Source: Glaucostegus cemiculus (Eukaryota). From it: a stretch of DNA of 64,000 nucleotides. Shown in pieces: positions 1 through 12,507 of this stretch. The notes beneath the pieces were generated by a model that saw only the letters and a program-made list of their open reading frames with translations, was not told the DNA's origin and searched no databases. The position numbers were made by a program, and so were the translations under genes. The stretch is taken from the NCBI GenBank assembly GCA_976551045.1, contig CDPCPM010000052.1:5766001-5830000 (forward strand), written 5' to 3'. The first letter of the stretch is position 1, and every line of letters starts with the position of its first letter.

Positions 1-254
1 AATGACATTTGAATCATTAATTCTGTTGTGCAAGTGTCAGTGAGCATGCCAGGAATTCGAGTCTGCAACCAAAGCTCTGTAAAAATGAATTGAAAAACAT
101 GCAGGAGCCCTGACATGAGCAAACCAGAACCCATATGCTGAATGTTAACAGATTAATAAATATCAAGAGTGATTAAAAGGAAGCATTACAGTGTAACCTA
201 GTTTTAGTGTTTCTGTGAATGGGCATAAACCATGCAAAATGTAGACTGCACTTG

Positions 255-755
255 GAATCATAGAATCATACAGCATGGAAACAGGCCATTCAGTCCAACT
301 TGTTCATGCCAACCAGTGGGCACCCTTCTGTATTCACCCCATCGCCCAGCACCTGGTCCATAGCTCTCTATACCCAAGTGATTCAGGTGTTCATCTGAAC
401 ACTTTTTAAATGCTGACAGTGACCCAGGTTGAACCACTCCCTCAGGTAGTGCATTCCAGAACTCTCTGTGTGAAGAAGGTCCCCCTCGTATGCCCTCTGA
501 ATCTCTTCCCCTTATCCGAAATCTATCTACCTCTTGGCTTGTCTACCTCTGATACGGGAGAAAAATGTTTTCTGCAGTCTATCCTATCTGTACCCCTCAT
601 AATTTTATTTTCCTCAATCATGTCTTCCCTTAACTTCCTCTGCTCCAGAAATGATCTTGCTTCTCCAGCCTCTGCTTGTAACTGAACTGTTCAATCTCAG
701 GCAACGTCCTGCAGAATCTCCTCTGCACCCTCTCCAGTGCTATCACATCCTTAAG
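255..755 (-). mobile_element. CR1 LINE 3' fragment (ORF2 C-terminus and tail)
   Basis: Minus-strand peptide KDVIALERVQRRFCRTLPEIEQFSYKQRLEK matches the CR1 ORF2 C-terminal motif; gaatcatagaatcata is the reverse complement of the CR1 (ATTCTATG)-type tail. Confidence 0.9.
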
Positions 756-1037
756 CAATGTTACAAATCTGACTATGATGGAAAAGCTTTGTGCAAGGTT
801 ACTTATGCATTTAAGGAGAACTTTATGCTTTAACAATTTATTGACAACACCATGTCAGCCAAGTGTGTTGGAGGTGGGTGATGTTAATGTTTCAGTGGAA
901 ACAGCATCAACTTCTTATGCAAATAGAGTCTTTTCCCTTGAAAATTGTTGTCGGTGGAGTATAGATACATAATTATGTGCATAATATAAATCTCGGTCAC
1001 TTTCAGCAGTATGGTCATCAACTTGATTGACAATGGA

Positions 1038-1281
1038 ATTCTTCTTTCCTGAGGCAGTCCCTCAGGATTGAGGTTGACTTGCTTTCACTCTAATTTTGTG
1101 GGTTCTGAGATGGCTAATGAGATACAGCAGCCTCTTCCAAAGATGGAACAGGGGTGGATGAGAGGGTCGTTTGTGAGGTGAAGTACTCCTTCTGCTTGTG
1201 CAGGACTTCGGTATGATCCTGACGCATGGCCTCAAGGTTCTCAGTACCACCCTGGATGCTGCTTCTCCACCTATGGCCATG
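1038..1281 (-). mobile_element. RTE-clade LINE 3' end
   Basis: Minus-strand peptides WRSSIQGGTENLE and LISHLRTHK; ends with gggactgcctcaggaaagaagaa, an RTE-type tail. Confidence 0.75.
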
Positions 1282-1289
1282 GTCATTGA

Positions 1290-1411
1290 TGCAGGGTCTC
1301 AACCCGAAACGTCATCCATTCCTTTGTCCCCACAGATGCTGCTTGACTTGCTGAGTTCCTCCAGCAGTTTGTTCTTTGTTCCAGATTTCAGCATCTGCAG
1401 TCTCTTATGTC
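1290..1411 (+). mobile_element. Short Penelope-derived element with hammerhead-like motif and 8-bp TSD
   Basis: tgatgcagggtctcaacccgaaacgtc followed by cacagatgctgcttgacttgctgagttcctccagc; flanked by the direct repeat gtcattga at 1282-1289 and 1412-1419. Confidence 0.8.
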
Positions 1412-1577
1412 GTCATTGAAACAGCCTGGTCATGATTTGGTTACTATATGCAACCTTTATTCACTGGGGGAAGAAAGCAGGCTGTGGCTGGTGCTTTATC
1501 CATTACACTAAGTGCAAAGTTTCTCGTTTGTTCAAGCAGATCTCCTGAATTGATCATTAAGTTTTTGAACTTGACTA

Positions 1578-1982
1578 AGTAGGCTGGGTATATTTTCCTT
1601 GGAACATATAAGGCTGAGGAGGAACCGGACTGAAATATACAAAATTATGAGGGAGCATGGATCGGGTGGATAGTGAGAAACTTTTCTCCTCAGTAGAGGT
1701 CTCAATAACCTGAAGGCAAAGGTTTATGGTAAGGGATAAGAGATTGAGAGGGGACTTGAGAAAGATTTTATTTTTTTTACCCAGAAGGTGGTTGAAATCT
1801 GGGATGTACTGCCCAAGAGGTGCTGGAGGCAGATACTCTTGAAACATTTAAGTATTTAGATGAGCAGTTGAAACACCATGGGTCAAATGCTGGAAAATGG
1901 GGTTTGTGTAGGTAGGTATTTGTGGCCAGCACAGACGCAATGGACCCAAGGGTCAGTATCTGTGCAGTATGACTCTCTGTCT
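1578..1982 (+). mobile_element. CR1 LINE 3' fragment
   Basis: Decayed ORF2 C-terminus (aggctgagg...gaaatatacaaaattatgaggg) followed by a CR1-type 3' UTR and tail. Confidence 0.85.
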
Positions 1983-2593
1983 CTAATTAAGTGATTGGAG
2001 AATTAAATTCTTGTAACCACTTTCAGAAATATACTACTTAAATGTATGATGATGTTTGGTTCAGAGTGAAAACAATGCAGTAATTTATTCAAGGGTTCAG
2101 ATGTGGAAGTTACCTGGACTACAGGATTTAATTGCTGCCTACAGAGTTTCATTAACTCACAATAAATGATGCATTACAAGTACAGTAAAGCTGTAATTAC
2201 TGTAATAGTGGAGAGAGATAACAAATATGACCGTAAGAATAGTGGAGGTATTCAGTTCAATTGTCCATTAAGCTTGGAGTCAATGCAGGATGATGACATG
2301 ATTCATTAGAGCGTCTAATACTGTAACTATTTCACGGTTCTGAATTATAGCCAAATTGAGACCTAAGTGTTTATTTGGCCTTACTTTCATCTGGTATTTC
2401 AGCAAGGTTGAGCAACATCAACAGGAACTGTGAATAATATTAGCCATTATACATGGGTACATATTCATGCAGTGGCTAGTTTCATGATCATCTTGGCTTC
2501 TTCGAAAAGAAGTTATTTGCATATTGATATGCATAACCTTGCTATTTTTGAGTTGCCATTAGACTCTGCTATTACTTTTCTTATTTTTGCTGG

Positions 2594-2925
2594 TATCAGA
2601 ATCAGATTTATTATCACTGACAAATGTCACGAAATTTGTTGTTTTGTGGCACCAGTACAGTGCAAGACATGAAAATTACTATAAGGTACAAAATAAGTAG
2701 TGCAAAAAAGGAATAATGAGGTAGTGTTCATGGGTTCGTGGATCATTCAGAAATCTGATTATGGAGGGGAAGAAGCTGTTCCTGAAATGTTGATTGTGGG
2801 TCTTCAGGCTCCTGTACTTCCTCCCCAATGGTAGTAACGTGAAGAGGGTGTGTCCTGGATGATGAGAGTCCTTAGTGATGGATGTCGCCTTCTTGAAGCA
2901 CTGCCACTTGAAGCTGTTTCTTGAA
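2594..2925 (-). mobile_element. Rex1/Babar LINE 3' end
   Basis: atcagaatcagatttatt tail; the minus strand encodes a decayed KDxHHPGHxLFxLLPxGRRYRSLK-like C-terminus; same family as 63530-63950. Confidence 0.8.
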
Positions 2926-2999
2926 CTTCACCAAATAAATTGGAACAAAATGTAGGCCGCCTTACTCCTAAAATAAAATTTCTTTGCATTCTGCAAAAG

Positions 3000-3109
3000 C
3001 AAAATAGTGCAGATTTTGAAAAGTAGAAATAAAAACAAAAAATGATGGAAACACTCAGCAGTTGTAGAAGCAGCATTAACATTTCAGTCAATGATCTTTC
3101 ATCAGAACT
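3000..3109 (-). mobile_element. Penelope-derived short element with CTGATGA core
   Basis: Minus strand reads agtt-CTGATGA-aagatcattgact-GAAA-tgttaa followed by the tgctgagtgtttcca tail. Confidence 0.65.
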
Positions 3110-4124
3110 TTCATTCTATATTCTGATAGAGTGCAATGCTCTTGCATATTTCTGGATATTTAATGCCAGCAGTACTGATTTTTCAACAAGTTGCTTAATA
3201 TGCTTAATTATAAAAACATTTTCTTTAATACCTGGAGGATGCACATAAAATGTGACTGATCTTTGAATCACTGTAACTGAATTTAGAACATGGAGATAAT
3301 GTTTGATAAAGGTTTGTACTCTGTTTATGGGGCTCATTTTGGTTTTCTATCAATTTAAAAATTGTCAATAATTAGAGACAAAATTACACTTTTTTGGTAA
3401 GTGCGCACTGATTGAATGCTCTCTGGCGTGTGCTGATGATACAGTGTGGGTGCAGCAAGTGTGAATTTTCATCTCAGAAGGGAAGTGCTCAGTTTCCATT
3501 GACGACTCCACCACCAATGCAAGAGTCCTGATCAAAGACAGTAACACCTGTCAATTTTGACCACAAAATAGATAAATATATTCCATCACCAAGAAGGGTC
3601 TTTCGCTTCAGTAGACTGCACTGGGTGGGATAAAGCTTGATACATCACCTTGTATTGTGTTTAAGCTGATGGATCTCAAACTGGTGAACTCACCTTTTTG
3701 AATACCCATTTCAAAAGTGTGCAATATCACTTAATGGAATTTTCCTCAGAACATCATTTTGAGAAAGGGTAGCCTGCAGTTTTAGTTATTAAATGTTCTA
3801 AAGTAGTAGCCAGGTTATGTTCAACCAGACTCTACACCTCCCACTCCCCTCCACCACTGATTGATCCCAGGTCCACATACAAGCGGGAACTTGGTCTCAG
3901 GTGGGAGATCCCGAGGCCCTGCCCCTGGATTGGCCTGATGTCTTTTTTTAAAAGGGCTTTTCAACTATATCCTTGTCTTTAATTGTTTAAAAAAAAACTA
4001 ATTTAAACTTAAAAATTAAAAATGTAGAAAAATAACAAGCCATTTATCTTTAATTTCCTTTTCCATCAAGGTCAGGTACCCCCATTCAGAAAAATGAGTG
4101 CAACATATGGGCAGGTGGAAAGTC

Positions 4125-4318
4125 TGTCCATGACCATGGTACTGAGTCCAGTGACAGGGTGGGAGGTTGTATCTGTTGGCATCTTCCCTACTTATCCCTG
4201 ACTTCCACACAAGAGCATGGAAATCCATGATGTGCCAACCCACAAAATCCATGATGTGCCAACCCACAAAATCCATTACTTGGTGGTTCTCTGCAGAACT
4301 GTTGGCTGAAGAGAGGCA
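4125..4318 (+). repeat. Left arm of a ~190-bp inverted repeat, containing a 24-nt tandem unit
   Basis: Reverse complement of 6780-6970 with about 6 substitutions; the ORF track shows matching peptides on opposite strands (4016..4276 - vs 6663..7055 +). Confidence 0.97.
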
Positions 4319-4894
4319 CTTTAAGGACTATTTTAAAGATGCTTGTGAGACAATTTTTGAATTTGGCTTTTCTTCATTAATCCAATTACTCTGATTCTTG
4401 GACATTATTGGAAATAGTGAATTGCTATAAAATTTGCTAATTTTAACTTCCTAATAATGCTCATGTTAGTTATTCCAGTGTTGTCAAAGAATCTCATTAT
4501 AATGTGGTTAGTCATAGATCTGGCTTCTGACAGAACCACACCCTTGAAGTATTTTAGCCTTGGGGATGTACAAAGTGGAAGGGTGTTGCTATGAATTTCT
4601 GGCATATTTAACTTCTAAACTGTCTTATCAACATTGATTACTGTCAAGTGTGAGAGCAAGAACAAATAATTATCCAAAGTAAAAGCAGAAATTGCTGGCA
4701 ATATCCTTCTGAGCATCTGTAATGTCTTCTGTTTTTATTTCAGATTTCCAGCATCTGTAGTTTTTATTTTGCTTCTAATTATCCTTGGTGCCTGGCATGT
4801 AGGGAGGAAAATTGGAGATGAGGTTGATCCCTCCTACAGCTTTTAGTGGTTAGCTCAGAGCAGGCATTGACAGAAACCAGGGAGCAAGTTTCAC

Positions 4895-5430
4895 CAGCAA
4901 TTTGCATTTACATGTAACCTTCTACATTATAAAACATTGCTGTGTGATTCAAAGAAACGTTAGCAAGCAAAATTTGATTGATCCACTTGAGGAGATATTA
5001 GGGCTGAAAGCTTGGTTGGAGACTCGTATTTTATGGAGCATCTTAAAGGAAGACAGTGAAGATACTCAGAGGGAATTCTGGTAGGTCAAGTCACAAATGC
5101 AATGATAGTTTGATTAAAATTGGCAATGTATAAAGAGGCCAAACTTAAAGAAATATGGATATCTTGTAATGTTACAGGAGGTTACAGAGATGGGGTGGAG
5201 CATAACATAGAGAGATTAGAAAGCAATATGAATTTTAAAATCAAAGCATTGCTGGACTGGGAGTTGACATAAGAGGACTGTGTGGTGAACATGGTGGGAA
5301 CTCAGACATGGGCAGCACGGTTTTGGATAATAAATTTGTGGAGAAAACAAAGTTGAAGGCCAACCAGAAATGCATTGGAGTACTTGGGTCTGGAGTAACA
5401 AAAGCATTGATGATGGTTTCAGTGGCAGAT
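4895..5430 (-). mobile_element. Old L2-type LINE 3' fragment
   Basis: caatttgcatttacatgtaaccttc... resembles the reverse complement of an L2 3' end; heavily decayed. Confidence 0.55.
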
Positions 5431-5435
5431 GAGAT

Positions 5436-5570
5436 GTTATAGTGTCATACAGCACAGAAACGGGCCCTTCAGTCCACCCTGTCCATGTTGACCATGAGTA
5501 CCCATCTATACTAATCCCATTTACCAGCATTTGGTCTGTAACCATCAATGTGCTGTTGATTCAAGTTCTC
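5436..5570 (-). mobile_element. CR1-type 3' tail
   Basis: atagtgtcatacagcacagaaacgggcccttcagtcc tail motif. Confidence 0.75.
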
Positions 5571-6064
5571 ATGTTTCTGTGTTCTATGTTCTAACATGGA
5601 TGTAACATTTGAACATTGTTGTTCAATTGCAGAATATCAAATTGGAATATGATAATGAGGTTGGCAAAGTGTAGCTATTTTATAAAGTTGATAGCAATGC
5701 TAAGTTGAATAAATATTTGGAAAGATTACTGGACCTTGGGAAAAGAGTAACCGGGAATAATTGCTCTGGCAGAGAACTTGCACAGACTTAGCCTTCTGTG
5801 CTATGCCTTACTATGTTTTGTGATAAACTGGATTTTCAAGCAGTATTCAGCTTATTACAGTTGTCCTTGTATATTGGTGAATGATAGAATTATTATGCTG
5901 GACCCACAGGAGAAGCAAATGAAAGGATGGTTCCAGATAGAGGTTTAAATGCACCAGAGATCCATTATCCCACAGAAGGGATCCATATCAGAAAGATAAT
6001 TAAAGGTTAAGAAGCCCCCTCTTGTAGAAACCTGTGATTTTCCACCCCCCCCCCCCCCCCGCCC

Positions 6065-6660
6065 CATAGCTTCCTGAATGATTTTAGTTTCATTACTACT
6101 CCCAGAGCCTGCTCAGGCTTTGACATATTTTGCGTGGAAGCATTGCTTCCTGAAACCAATTTTGAGCTACCCTTTCATCACTTTGCTTCTATATCCCCTT
6201 GTTTTGTAATTGTGTTTCATAAAAAATAGTGCTGCAAATTTATCTTTTATACTCTGCCTATTATCATCCATACCTTCATTAAAGTACTATTTATTTCCTT
6301 TATCTCAAGACCAAAGAAAGGGTTTTTCCTTGTGTTGAGTTCCATGGATCAGCTTCCTGACCTCTCTGTGCAATGGTAGAATGCAGATATCTTTTTTGAT
6401 CAGTGTGATAGCTTTTGTGTAAACCCATTCTTTCTGTAGTATGGGAAGCTTCAACTTCAGTGTCACAATTGTGCCCACAAAAAAATCAAGCTTCATGGTT
6501 GCCTTTGGAGTCTTGTCCATCCCATGAAGTCTTTGTTATAAAATATTCTCCTTGTTTGCCAAACTTGTGCTTTCCCATTTTCCTGATCTATGAACTGGTC
6601 TGATCACAAGGCTTGCACTTTTTTTTAAGGTGTTCCTTTCTCTGGATTGAAATTGTTGGG
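6065..6660 (-). mobile_element. Very old CR1-type ORF2 C-terminal remnant
   Basis: Minus strand shows decayed RPxLEY...KKDI...RKLI...LWSLE...TRG-like motifs in the expected order. Confidence 0.5.
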
Positions 6661-6779
6661 ACTTGATTGGGATTGATTTATTAGTAAAAATCATTTTCAC
6701 AGATAGAAATAAATCTCTTTTTGTGTTTATTCATTTTTTTGGTCATGCACCAGATTTGAAGTTGTTTCTTCCAGCTTTA

Positions 6780-6970
6780 GCCTCTTCAACCAACAGTTCT
6801 GCAGAGAACCACCAAGTAATGGATTTTGTGGGTTGGCACATCATGGATTTTGTGGGTTGGCACATTCCGGTTTTCCATGCTCTTGTGTGGAAGTCAGGGA
6901 TAAGTAGGGAAGATGCCAACAGATACAACCTCCCACCCTGTCACTGGACTCAGTGCCATGGTCATGGACA
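6780..6970 (-). repeat. Right arm of the ~190-bp inverted repeat
   Basis: Reverse complement of 4125-4318. Confidence 0.97.
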
Positions 6971-7479
6971 AGAAAAATCAAATTCTCTGGATGGTCACCT
7001 GATCGTCCCTGATGAATTCTGCTGTCAGACCAGAAAATACATCATGTGTGTCTAGTAAGGCTGTGAATTACTTGTTAATGACAATAGTCAATGTGGATTT
7101 TGGAAGTCTCTATTCCATAAAGGTGACAGGTAAATTTGTATTCTGCTCACCTGCTCCTTTCTTGATACATCCCTTTTGCTTCTACGGATGCTGCTTGACC
7201 TACTGAGTTCTTGAGCAGTTTGTTTATTTTTTTATTATTTTTGCTCCAGATTCCATCTGCAGTCTCTTGTTTCTCCTTTCTAACTTGGTTTGGGTCCTCT
7301 CCTGGGAACCTCCTGTTGACAGCTTCCATGGCTTTAGCCAAATGTTTGAGGAGTTGTATTACATGGTGAGCTGATGCAGATTATGTCGGTCCACTTCAAG
7401 CATCCATATGTAACTTTGCAAAGTTCAAGAAATTAAACAATGTAATGCCCTGATTAGGACATCAAGCAGTAAAAAGAAT

Positions 7480-8200
7480 GGGTGGATGTAACCAGTAGTG
7501 CTCTACAGAGGTTTGTGTTAGGGCATCCACTGTTTTTTTATTTATTAATAGCTTAGGTGGCACTTACTGAACCAAGCTATGGCATGAAAATGGAAGTTGT
7601 ATCAAGCTCACGGGCAATTAGAGCCAGATATCCACATCTCAAACAAATAATAAATGGTTCCATCTGCACTTTTATTTAAGTTCATAAATATTTGTAAATT
7701 ATGTGAATACACATGTAGTTTTTAATAAAGACAGTTGGATGGAGGGGGGCGGGGAACAGGAGGAGGTGGTGGTGGGTGGTCGGTGGTCATCCACTTTTGG
7801 ACAAAAAAGGATTGATTAGTAGTTTCTAACCAGTGAAAATCTAGAAACAGTGGTGGTAAAAAGAGTATTGGGGAATTAGATCAATAGATAATACAATAAA
7901 GGTTAGGGAACTGTTGGACTTTTTATCTAGAGAACTAGATGTTAGAAATTGTGCCACAGCAATACGAAGCCCTTGTTAAACCACACCTAATAATTGCATT
8001 CAGTTCTGAGCATCACACCTTGGGAAGGAAAAATTTGACCTTGGATGAAGAGTAATATAGAATTACAGGAATGATAACTGGACTTTGAGGGTTCAATTGT
8101 GATGAGATATTACAGAAAAGATTTGCATTTTGTGACATTTAGGCTAAGGATTGGCTTTACAGACATTTTTGTGGTTAACTGGCCTAAATGTTTCCATTGG
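7480..8200 (+). mobile_element. Decayed CR1 ORF2 fragment
   Basis: gtaaccagtagtgctctacagagg (VTSGVPQG-like) and gcccttgttaaaccacacctaataattgcattcagttctg (ALVRPHLEYCxQFW-like). Confidence 0.65.
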
Positions 8201-8589
8201 TTGTGTATTCTCCAAGCTGTAAATAACAACTGAGGAATGGTCAACTTCCCAGACAATGCAATTTTGAATTTCACATTAAGCTATCTCAGAATTGGTGATG
8301 AGTGTTTGTAAAGGGTGATGACAAGTTTTTGAACTGTGCTGCTGTGAAATAAAATTATTAGTGCTTGGCAAGTCTGAAGGATGAGTGAGTTCTGTACTCG
8401 TGGCCTTAATGAATCAGCTGCTATTCACAGAAAGATGGAGGATCGTGTTTCAGTTAAAGAAGTTAAGGTAGAAATAATGTAGAACCGTTATGCAATTCTA
8501 TTACACAATTAAAAATACTTTTTCTATCATTGCCATACCTAATTACGCTGATGCACCTTTAATTAATGCAACTCCATGTTTACAGATCT

Positions 8590-8990
8590 TCAATACTAAT
8601 CCACCATGTCAGCTTAGCTCTGTAACATTTTGGCTTCTGAATTGGAGGGTTATGGGTTTGGGCCCATGGCTATAGTTGGAGAGATAATGTAAGTTGACAT
8701 TCTATTACAATAATGAAGGAATGCTACCTCATCAAAGGTGCCTTGCTTTGGATGACATACTTAACTGAGCATTTCTGTTTAATGAGCATTAAAAGATCTG
8801 TAGATCTATTTGGTGATGAGCAGGGAATTCTTTGTATATAAAAAAATAAATTAATTGGCTTTTCATTGATGTTTGAGATTTTATTGAGCACAATACAGCT
8901 GTTACCTTTTTATTTTTAAAAAATAATTGACTCCAAAGTGATTCATTGCATCCTAAGTACTTTGAGGCTTTTCTGAGAATAAATTTATTC
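8590..8990 (+). mobile_element. Decayed tRNA-derived SINE of the Deu-domain (SacSINE1/AmnSINE1-like) group
   Basis: tRNA-like head, then gaaggaatgctacctcatcaaaggtgccttgctttggatgacatacttaactgag resembling the Deu domain, then an L2-like tail; recognised from memory of the consensus. Confidence 0.55.
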
Positions 8991-9619
8991 TTGTTTTGGT
9001 TTTATTGTTGCCCACATCAGCCTATGAGTGGATGACCAACTTAGATACATACAGCATGGAAACAAGCCCTTCAGCCCAACTGGTCCATGTGGTAGTTCGA
9101 AAACATTATCACTTGTCTTACCGTGTTGAAAATTAACTATGGCACAATTTACATATGGATTCATTATTATTTTCTTAATAAACAACATATTAATTTAAAG
9201 CTACCCAAACTGATATTGATCTTCATTAGGTAAGTAACGGAAACATTCTATATGAACCACTCTTTTAAGAATAATGTTAAATGAAACATGAGCACAGAGT
9301 TGTTGATGTGATTTTCTCGTTGTGCTTCTATTATTGTAATGAATACTTTCAAATTATTTACTAAAATATTTGAAAGTATTGTTGACCACATTTTATAATT
9401 GTAATAATTAATGAAAGTATATATTGCAATACAAATACATATTGCAAAGTAATAATGTTCCTCTTGCTCATATTAGTGTACTCTCTAAATTGTTACTGTG
9501 CATTGGCCTGTGCAATTTTCATTTCGCTGTTTTCATAGCTGCCAGGGACAAACTATGCTGTTCATTATTCATTGTAATCTGTGTGAATGGCTCAAATTTC
9601 TATGGAGACCATCTCTACA

Positions 9620-9926
9620 CAGACAGACCACTGGGTTACAAATGCCCAACTTGTGGCCACCCCGACATAGGAAAGAGCTTCCATAATACATTACCAAATT
9701 CGTACATTTGTTCCTATGAATGGCAGAGCTAGTTTCCCCTCTCTCCACGTTTAGTAATTGTTCTCTCTTATCAGTCTTGTGTGCTTTTGAAGCCATGCAT
9801 TACAATAATGTGGAGGAATGGTTACCATTTTGATTGATTTTTGTGTATTTTCTGACTTCTGGACAAAACTGACTTGCAGACATCTGTGAAAGTGGAAGCC
9901 GTTCGTTACCCAGTGTTGTTGGCCTG
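9620..9926. mobile_element. Tigger/pogo-like non-autonomous DNA transposon (MITE)
   Basis: Imperfect TIRs cagacagaccactgggttacaaat / gttcgttacccagtgttgttggcctg; TA follows the right end. Confidence 0.6.
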
Positions 9927-11159
9927 TATCCTAGCATCATATCACATTTTGCATATGGTACATTGCTTGAACTGCAGGACTAGAATATATATAAACTACT
10001 TTATCTTGTAACCCTAATCAAAAACTTTTATATATACTGAGTTACTGAATTTAGTTTTGAAGGTTTAGTATTACTATGTAAACAGTCATCATATTTTGGA
10101 ATACTCTGGAATAGAAGCTGAAATAATGAGATTTAAGTGACATACATCATCAACACTCTTAAGTTTGTATTGAAGTTAACCCTGGATTCATTCATACTGC
10201 CATCCGTGTCACGGACAAAGATGAATGTAGACAGCATTGAAACTCCAGTTAAATTATTCAGCTACTATATTTAATCCTGTATCTTTACCATCTTTTAAAC
10301 ATTTTCAAAAAAATTCTACTTTAACTGTTTATTGGTAGTTACAGTAAATGATTGATGAGGCCCTTTGACCAATTAACTGTCTGCCAGCTCTCTGAAAGAA
10401 TTATCAATCAATTCTCCTCTTTTGCTCTTTCTGCATAGCCTTTTTTTATGTATTACTCCACTTTCCTTTTTGGAAGTCCTTGTACATCTGTTACTACTGT
10501 TTCTGTAGGTGCGTAAGATAATTTTCTTTTGCATGGTCTTTTTGACAGATCAAAATATAGATCATACAGTCCCTTGAACCTGTCCTGCCATTTAACAAGA
10601 TCAGGGTTGATTGGATTATTTCAGTTTTGCTGCATAATCCTCATAATACCTCCATCTTCTCCCGTCCAAAAATCTGCCCTTCTCAGCTGCGACTTATTTT
10701 ATATCTGCTTCCTCTGGTTACTGATCTATGTGCCTGTGGTAGTAGTTTTGAGAAAGGTTTCCATGAACATAATGATTCTCTGCCTCCTTGTGATCAATTT
10801 TTCAGTATTTTGTATGCTGTGTGCTGATGAATTGTTATGCATTGCAGCCTATTTAATGGGTATAAAGAAAATAGATAGTTTTTCTGGATTTGATAGAATT
10901 CATACAGAACAATAAATTTGTGGATACCCCAAACTGAGTCAATCAATTATTTGAGACATTTGTTCTTGTTAACACCTGTTGCTTTGTTACCTAAAAAGTG
11001 AGGAATGGTTTGACGTTTTCAGCTTGTGCTCTCCTGGCAAGGAGCTTCTTGTTTGGATCATGGTTTAATACGTGATTGCTTGAAGTTTGAATACCTAAGT
11101 AAGGTTGTTGGATCTTAGTCTGCTTGCTATCTTGTAAGTGAATGTCTTGTGATCCTCTG

Positions 11160-11990
11160 GCTCACTCAAACACTGAGCCAACATGCTTCGGTTATCAGTG
11201 CATACACCCAACCTTGGAAACTATGAACGAGGCCAAGGAGGGTTTCTAGTTCAACCATGAGAAAACCTTGGGTCTTGTCCCAGAGAGAGGCAAATTGATC
11301 CACCTGGGTGCCTTCAATGCCTGCATCAGAAAAGCTGCAAACCTCTGTAAAGGCATGAGTGTTAAGGAAGAGGTAAAGACTGCTAACTCCAGTGGCATCC
11401 TCCTTCTGACAAAATGCTTGGAACATATCCCTGTCATAACAAACACACCTAGTTTTGTCAGAGAAACAAGTTCAAGGATTCATGGCAACATGCTTGATCA
11501 GGCACAGATGCTTGTTTGATTATTTCATTGTTCAAGCAGGAGACTGCAAGCATGTCAACATCATTCCTGCCATGTCAAGTGCCACTGATTGTTGGATTGA
11601 TCACCACGTAATCTGCTCCAGTCTGACCCTAAAATAATGGCGGCCACAGAGGTGTTGCTTAAGAAAATCATAGCTAAATGTCTCAAAGACTTTGAAAGTA
11701 AATTTCTTCTCAAACTGTGCTTGACAGACAACTGATGACTCTCAACCAATGGGAGCTGCAAGGCTGTGGACCACTGTTCAGTGCCTGGACTTCTCTGAAG
11801 TTCACCTTAGTTAGTACTGCGAAGAGTCTCTTTGCATTTCTATGAGGAAAGCCCAGGTCTGATTCAATGAGAATAACCAAGAGATCCCAAGAGCTAATTA
11901 ACTACAAACACTGTGTGTTTTGAGATTGGAAGCTCCACCATGGCTCGGGGGGGAAAAAGGCACTCTGTTGGTACCTGAAGGCTGTGATGC
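11160..11990 (+). mobile_element. RTE-clade LINE, AP-endonuclease region (decayed)
   Basis: Peptides KLIHLGAFNA (GDFNA motif), ANSSGILLLTKC, LFDYFIV...DCWIDHHVI (IDY...WTDH motif), split by frameshifts. Confidence 0.85.
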
Positions 11991-12507
11991 ATCAAAAAAA
12001 ACTTTTAACATGAAGAATGGATGGTGAGTGAAAAGAACTCAAATTCCAGCAACTAGCTGCTGATTATGATGTGTGGATTCCCCCTTGCCCCCACTCTATC
12101 ACCTTTCTGGGGACAGTTTAAGACAAGTGTATTTCTTGAAAAATTCCTAGCATCATTTCACAAACAGTTCTCTGTCCACTTGACTTCAAATGCTGCTCCC
12201 TTTGCAGACGTTACATAATTCTTCACAACATCTGACTTGCATCCTTATGGAAAAATTGGATTAGTTTAAGAATTAATGTATAAACTGGAGTTGGATTCTC
12301 TGGGACCCTTCTTGTCAAAAAGCTAAATGCTGAATTATTTTACATGTATGGTGCAATAAATATTATATACTTAGAAATTAAGTTAAGAAATATGTATTTC
12401 AATTGGGTAACACGCATAAGTGATGGTCATCGTCTGTAGAAATAGAGAGAGATGGGGAGCAGGTGGTGGTGTTAATGGGCCAAAAGGCAGGATTTTCCGT
12501 ATTTCCA

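Noticed and set aside
2290-2343. C/D box snoRNA candidate (ATGATGA...CTGA)
   Set aside because: Short, no terminal stem, and no recognisable rRNA/snRNA antisense element.
4220-4276. 24-nt repeats as a CRISPR array
   Set aside because: Units are directly adjacent with no spacers, the context is eukaryotic, and there are no cas genes.
6042-6066. Poly-C run as a functional G-quadruplex
   Set aside because: A simple homopolymer next to an old LINE end; its length is unreliable and nothing else supports function.
4125-6970. Inverted repeat as the TIRs of an autonomous DNA transposon
   Set aside because: No TSD outside the arms and no transposase. The spacer ORF 6305..6520 is better explained as an old CR1 remnant, and the spacer holds ancient L2/SINE debris.
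4016-7055. Duplicated peptide MDFVGWHIMDFVGWHI... as a gene pair
   Set aside because: It is a by-product of the inverted repeat and the 24-nt tandem unit; the ORFs diverge immediately outside the arms.
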